Shown here: positions 60,573 through 64,000 of the stretch, one piece after another | Numbering within the stretch: position 1 is the first letter of the stretch | How the letters are laid out: the number at the start of each line of letters is the position of its first letter | DNA from: Chrysemys picta bellii | Taxonomy: Eukaryota | Assembly (NCBI RefSeq): GCF_011386835.1 | Contig: NC_088791.1 | Coordinates: 348,874,001 to 348,938,000 of the forward strand | DNA: 64,000 nt | Reading direction: 5' to 3' | Notes under the pieces: generated by a model | The model's database searches: none | Told to the model about the DNA's origin: nothing | The model's input: the letters and a program-made list of their open reading frames with translations, nothing else | Program-made: the position numbers and the translations under genes

Positions 60573-62115
60573 TGTTAATTGCTGTCGTCAACACCCATTC
60601 AGGGAAGAATCCACAGATGTGGTCTCCTCATCTCAAAAAAGATATACTGGCACTAGAAAAGGTTCAGAGAAGGGCAACTAAAATGATTAGGGGATTGGAA
60701 AGGGTCCCATACGAGGAGAGATTAAAGAGGCTAGGACTTTTCAGCTTGGAAAAGAGGAGACTAAGGGGGGATATGATAGAGGTATATAAAATCATGAGTG
60801 ATGTAGAGAAAGTGGATAAGGAAAAGTTATTTACTTCTTCCCATAATACAAGAACTAGAGGTCACCAAATGAAATTAATAGGCAGCAGGTTTAAAACAAA
60901 TACAAGGAAGTTCTTCTTCACGCAGCGCACAGTCAACTTGTGGAACTCCTTACCTGAGGAGGTTGTGAAGGCTAGGACTATAACAGCGTTTAAAAGAGAA
61001 CTGGGTAAATTCATGGTGGTTAAGTCCCTTAATGGCTATTGGCCAGGATGGGTAAGGAATGGTGTCCCTAGCCTCTGTTTGTTAGAGGATGGAGATGGAT
61101 GGCAGGAGAGAGATCACTTGATCATTGCCTGTTGGTCCACTCCCTCTGGGCCACCTGGCATTGGCCACTGTCGGTAGACAGGATTCTGGGCTAGATGGAC
61201 CTTTGGTCTGACCCGGTACGGCCGTTCTTATGTTCTTATGTTCTTAGCACAGGAACTCTGCATAAGAAATCTTCCTCAGAGGGAGCACAGAGACCATGGA
61301 GAATGTTTGGCCAATGGGGGCACACCCCCCCCCCCACGTCACATGCACAGACTTTCCAGCAAGCTGGAAGAAAGTATAAAAGAGGGGGAGTGACATCATC
61401 CCTTGTCTTCACTCCCCCACACTCAACACCTGCAAGAATCTCTGCAAGACAAAGGACTTTGAAGGGGGAGAGGAACACCAGCTGCAAAGCAGATACAACC
61501 TGTTCCTCAAGAATCTGTAAACCTGCTTGTATCATCAGTCAGGGGGAGATATTCTGATTCAAATCCTACCTAGTGTGTACAAGTCTTAGATTGCAAATTT
61601 GTTTGATTTCCTAGGTCACCTGCTTTGGTCTGTTTGTTATCACTTATAATCACTTAACATCTATCCTTCTGTAGTTAATAAACCTGATTTATGTTTTATC
61701 TTAACCAGTGTGTATTTGAGTGAAGTGTTTGGGACTCTTAGCTCCGTTAGCAAAGGCTGATGCAGATCTTTCCCACATCGAGGAGGGAGCAGACTATTTA
61801 ATGAGTTTACGCTGTACAGATTGCTGTGCAGTGCAAGACGGTCTAATTCTGGGTTTATGCTCCTGTAGGGGTGCAAGGCTGGGAAATTGGCTGGTGCCTC
61901 CTTTGTTGGTCCATGAGTGGCTTAGGTAAAGCACCTTGGTAACTCAACTGGGGGTGTGGCACCACCTGCTGTCATTTTGGGTGATAACAGGGCCCGGAGG
62001 GGCTGGCTGTGGGTCATCAGCAGAGAAGTGTAAGAGGCCAACCCAGCTGAACAGTTAGGGAGCACAGCAGTTCCAATAGCTTCCAGACTTCAACAACGGA
62101 GTACATCCCGTCACA
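60332..62115 (+). mobile_element. Solo LTR (inverted paralogue of 46023-46951) interrupted by CR1
   Basis: Reverse-complement match to 46023-46951 with the same flanks (acaac at 62116); retains ~220 bp that are missing from the 46 kb copy. Confidence 0.85.
60613..61244 (+). mobile_element. 5'-truncated CR1 LINE 3' end
   Basis: [27 protein letters not shown]...[17 protein letters not shown]; tail gttcttatgttcttatgttctt. Confidence 0.93.
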
Positions 62116-63213
62116 ACAACCATATCAGCCAAAGAGTCCTTTTGACGATATAGCTTATATCATTTGAGGAGAAGGTTTGCCTATACCAACAAAAGATCTC
62201 CTTACACTGATATACACTTCATTTCCTCTAGAAGGTTCTGATGGTGTAGTTATACCGGCAAAGGTTTCTAGGGTAGCCTACACTAATATGTGGTCTTATC
62301 CTGACAGATGGGGACCAATGAACTCCCACTGTAGCCAATGAGAATTGTGGGAGTTCATCACATCTGAGGACTAGCCCCACAGTTCTTACAGAGCTTTTTG
62401 ATCCTTCTGGGTGAAAGGGGCTAAAATGTGATCCTAATTCATACTCATTACCAACATGAGCCCATTGAAGTGAATGGATGGACTCCTATTGACCTAGACA
62501 GACATGGTCTGGGAGGTAATATCTTTTATTGGACCAATTTCTATTGGTGAAAGACACAAGTTTTCAAGCTATACAGAGTTCTTCAGGTCACTGATTTCGT
62601 AAGAATTGGGCTGGGCCTTATTTCAGCCGAAAATTAGGTGCTGAATTTTATTGAAGTTCTGTTCAAGATTCTTCAGTTAGATTGAAAGATAATAGGGTGG
62701 GTAACCGGCAAAGAGAGAAACACCGTTCACATGCATTGCAACCCAGGAAATCATCTTATTAAAATTGAAATAATCTTATTGTCATGGAGGCAGCAGGGCT
62801 TAGTGGATAGAGCACTGCCCCGGGATGCCAGAGACCTAGGATCAATTCTTAATTCAGTCATTGGGCTGCTGGGTGAGGTTAGGTAAGACACTTCACCTCC
62901 CTACATCAAAGAAGTGAGCAGGCCTAGCCCTCTTGCAAGTGATGCAGGACCACAGCCAAGTGTATCTTCCATGGTGACCACCACAGCTCAGGGAGAACAC
63001 GGGGACTGTATGCTGCACCCCCTGCAAAGGTGACGGCATTCCCACACCAGCATGCACAGACCTTTCACTCCATGGTTTGTGAAGAGCTTTAAAATTGTTC
63101 AGGATGCACGATGCTGCAGAAAGGTTCATCAGCACTAACGATTCCTGTGCATTTAGGGGTGTGGGGCACTTGCTGATGGGTTTCCCACCACTAGACTCCA
63201 CACAAGGTGCAGC

Positions 63214-64000
63214 CTAGAAGCTTTTCCTTTGGAACAGGAGACGAACTCTGTTGCGAATCTGTTTAGTTTTCACACCGTATACGATGGGGTTCATCATGGG
63301 AGGAAAGAGGAGGTAGAAAGTGCCCATCAGGACATGTACGTACGGGGCAATTTGGTTGCTGAATCTGTGAATTACTGAGGAGAGAACCCCTGGTATGTAG
63401 ACCACTAGGATGGCGCAAAGGTGGGCAACACAGGTGCCGAAAGCCTTGAGCTGCTCTTCCTTGGATGCCAGGCTTAAGACAGTACTCAGGATCTTGACGT
63501 ATGACAGGCCGATGAACAGCAGATCCAGCCCCACAATGAAGATAGCTACGATGATCCCATAGATGTTATTGATCGTAGTGCTGGCACAAGCCAGCTTTGC
63601 CACAGCCATGTGATCGCAGGAGCAATGGGAGATGATGTGGGACTGGCAGAAGGGCAGCCTCCTGACGAGGAAGGGCAGAGGCACCATGAACAGAACAGCC
63701 CGGGCCAAAGCCATCAGCCCGATCTTTGCTATCACTGAATTGGTCAGGATGGTGGCGTACCGCAGGGGGTTGCAGATGGCCACGTACCTGTCGAAGGCCA
63801 TAGCCAGCAGCACAGCAGACTCCATCATGGACATCGAGTGAATGAAAAACATCTGCACCAGGCAGGCGTTAAAGCTGATCTCCCTGGAATTAAACCAGAA
63901 GATGCTCAGTATTTTCGGCACGGTGGTTATGGATAAAACCAGGTTGATGGTGGCCAGCATGGCGAGGAAATAGAACATGGGCTTGTGTAGGGAGGTGTCT
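63214..64000 (-). CDS. OR52-like: Class I olfactory receptor, OR52 family-like (OR7), 5' end outside the window
   Basis: Open from the window edge through [11 protein letters not shown] to KSF*; intactness of the N-terminus cannot be assessed. Confidence 0.9.
   Translation of the reverse strand, partial: DTSLHKPMFYFLAMLATINLVLSITTVPKILSIFWFNSREISFNACLVQMFFIHSMSMMESAVLLAMAFDRYVAICNPLRYATILTNSVIAKIGLMALARAVLFMVPLPFLVRRLPFCQSHIISHCSCDHMAVAKLACASTTINNIYGIIVAIFIVGLDLLFIGLSYVKILSTVLSLASKEEQLKAFGTCVAHLCAILVVYIPGVLSSVIHRFSNQIAPYVHVLMGTFYLLFPPMMNPIVYGVKTKQIRNRVRLLFQRKSF

Overview
This is vertebrate genomic DNA, most likely a turtle (inferred from the CR1, Penelope, Harbinger/hAT MITE and LTR families and from a class I olfactory receptor expansion). 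The window is part of a class I (OR52-like) olfactory receptor cluster. It holds five complete 320-codon OR ORFs on + (8170, 20929, 31027, 43972, 53849), a 3' OR remnant at 50340, and a minus-strand OR that runs off the right edge. Almost everything else is duplicated flank plus transposable elements. There are three ~10-12 kb tandem units (OR1-3), followed by a rearranged mosaic with direct and inverted duplications and a fold-back palindrome near 60.2 kb. Nearly all short ORFs in the supplied track are repeat-derived or spurious. I see no prokaryote-type system (no CRISPR, operons, rRNA or tRNA) and cannot claim a new biological system. The most notable observations are: (1) hammerhead-ribozyme motifs in short Penelope-derived inserts; (2) neutralisation of one of the two acidic ion-pocket residues (D2.50N or E3.39Q) in three of the six receptors where these positions can be read; (3) mosaic, recombinant OR units that can be ordered by nested TE insertions. 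All alignments were done by eye; repeat boundaries are approximate unless a TSD is quoted.
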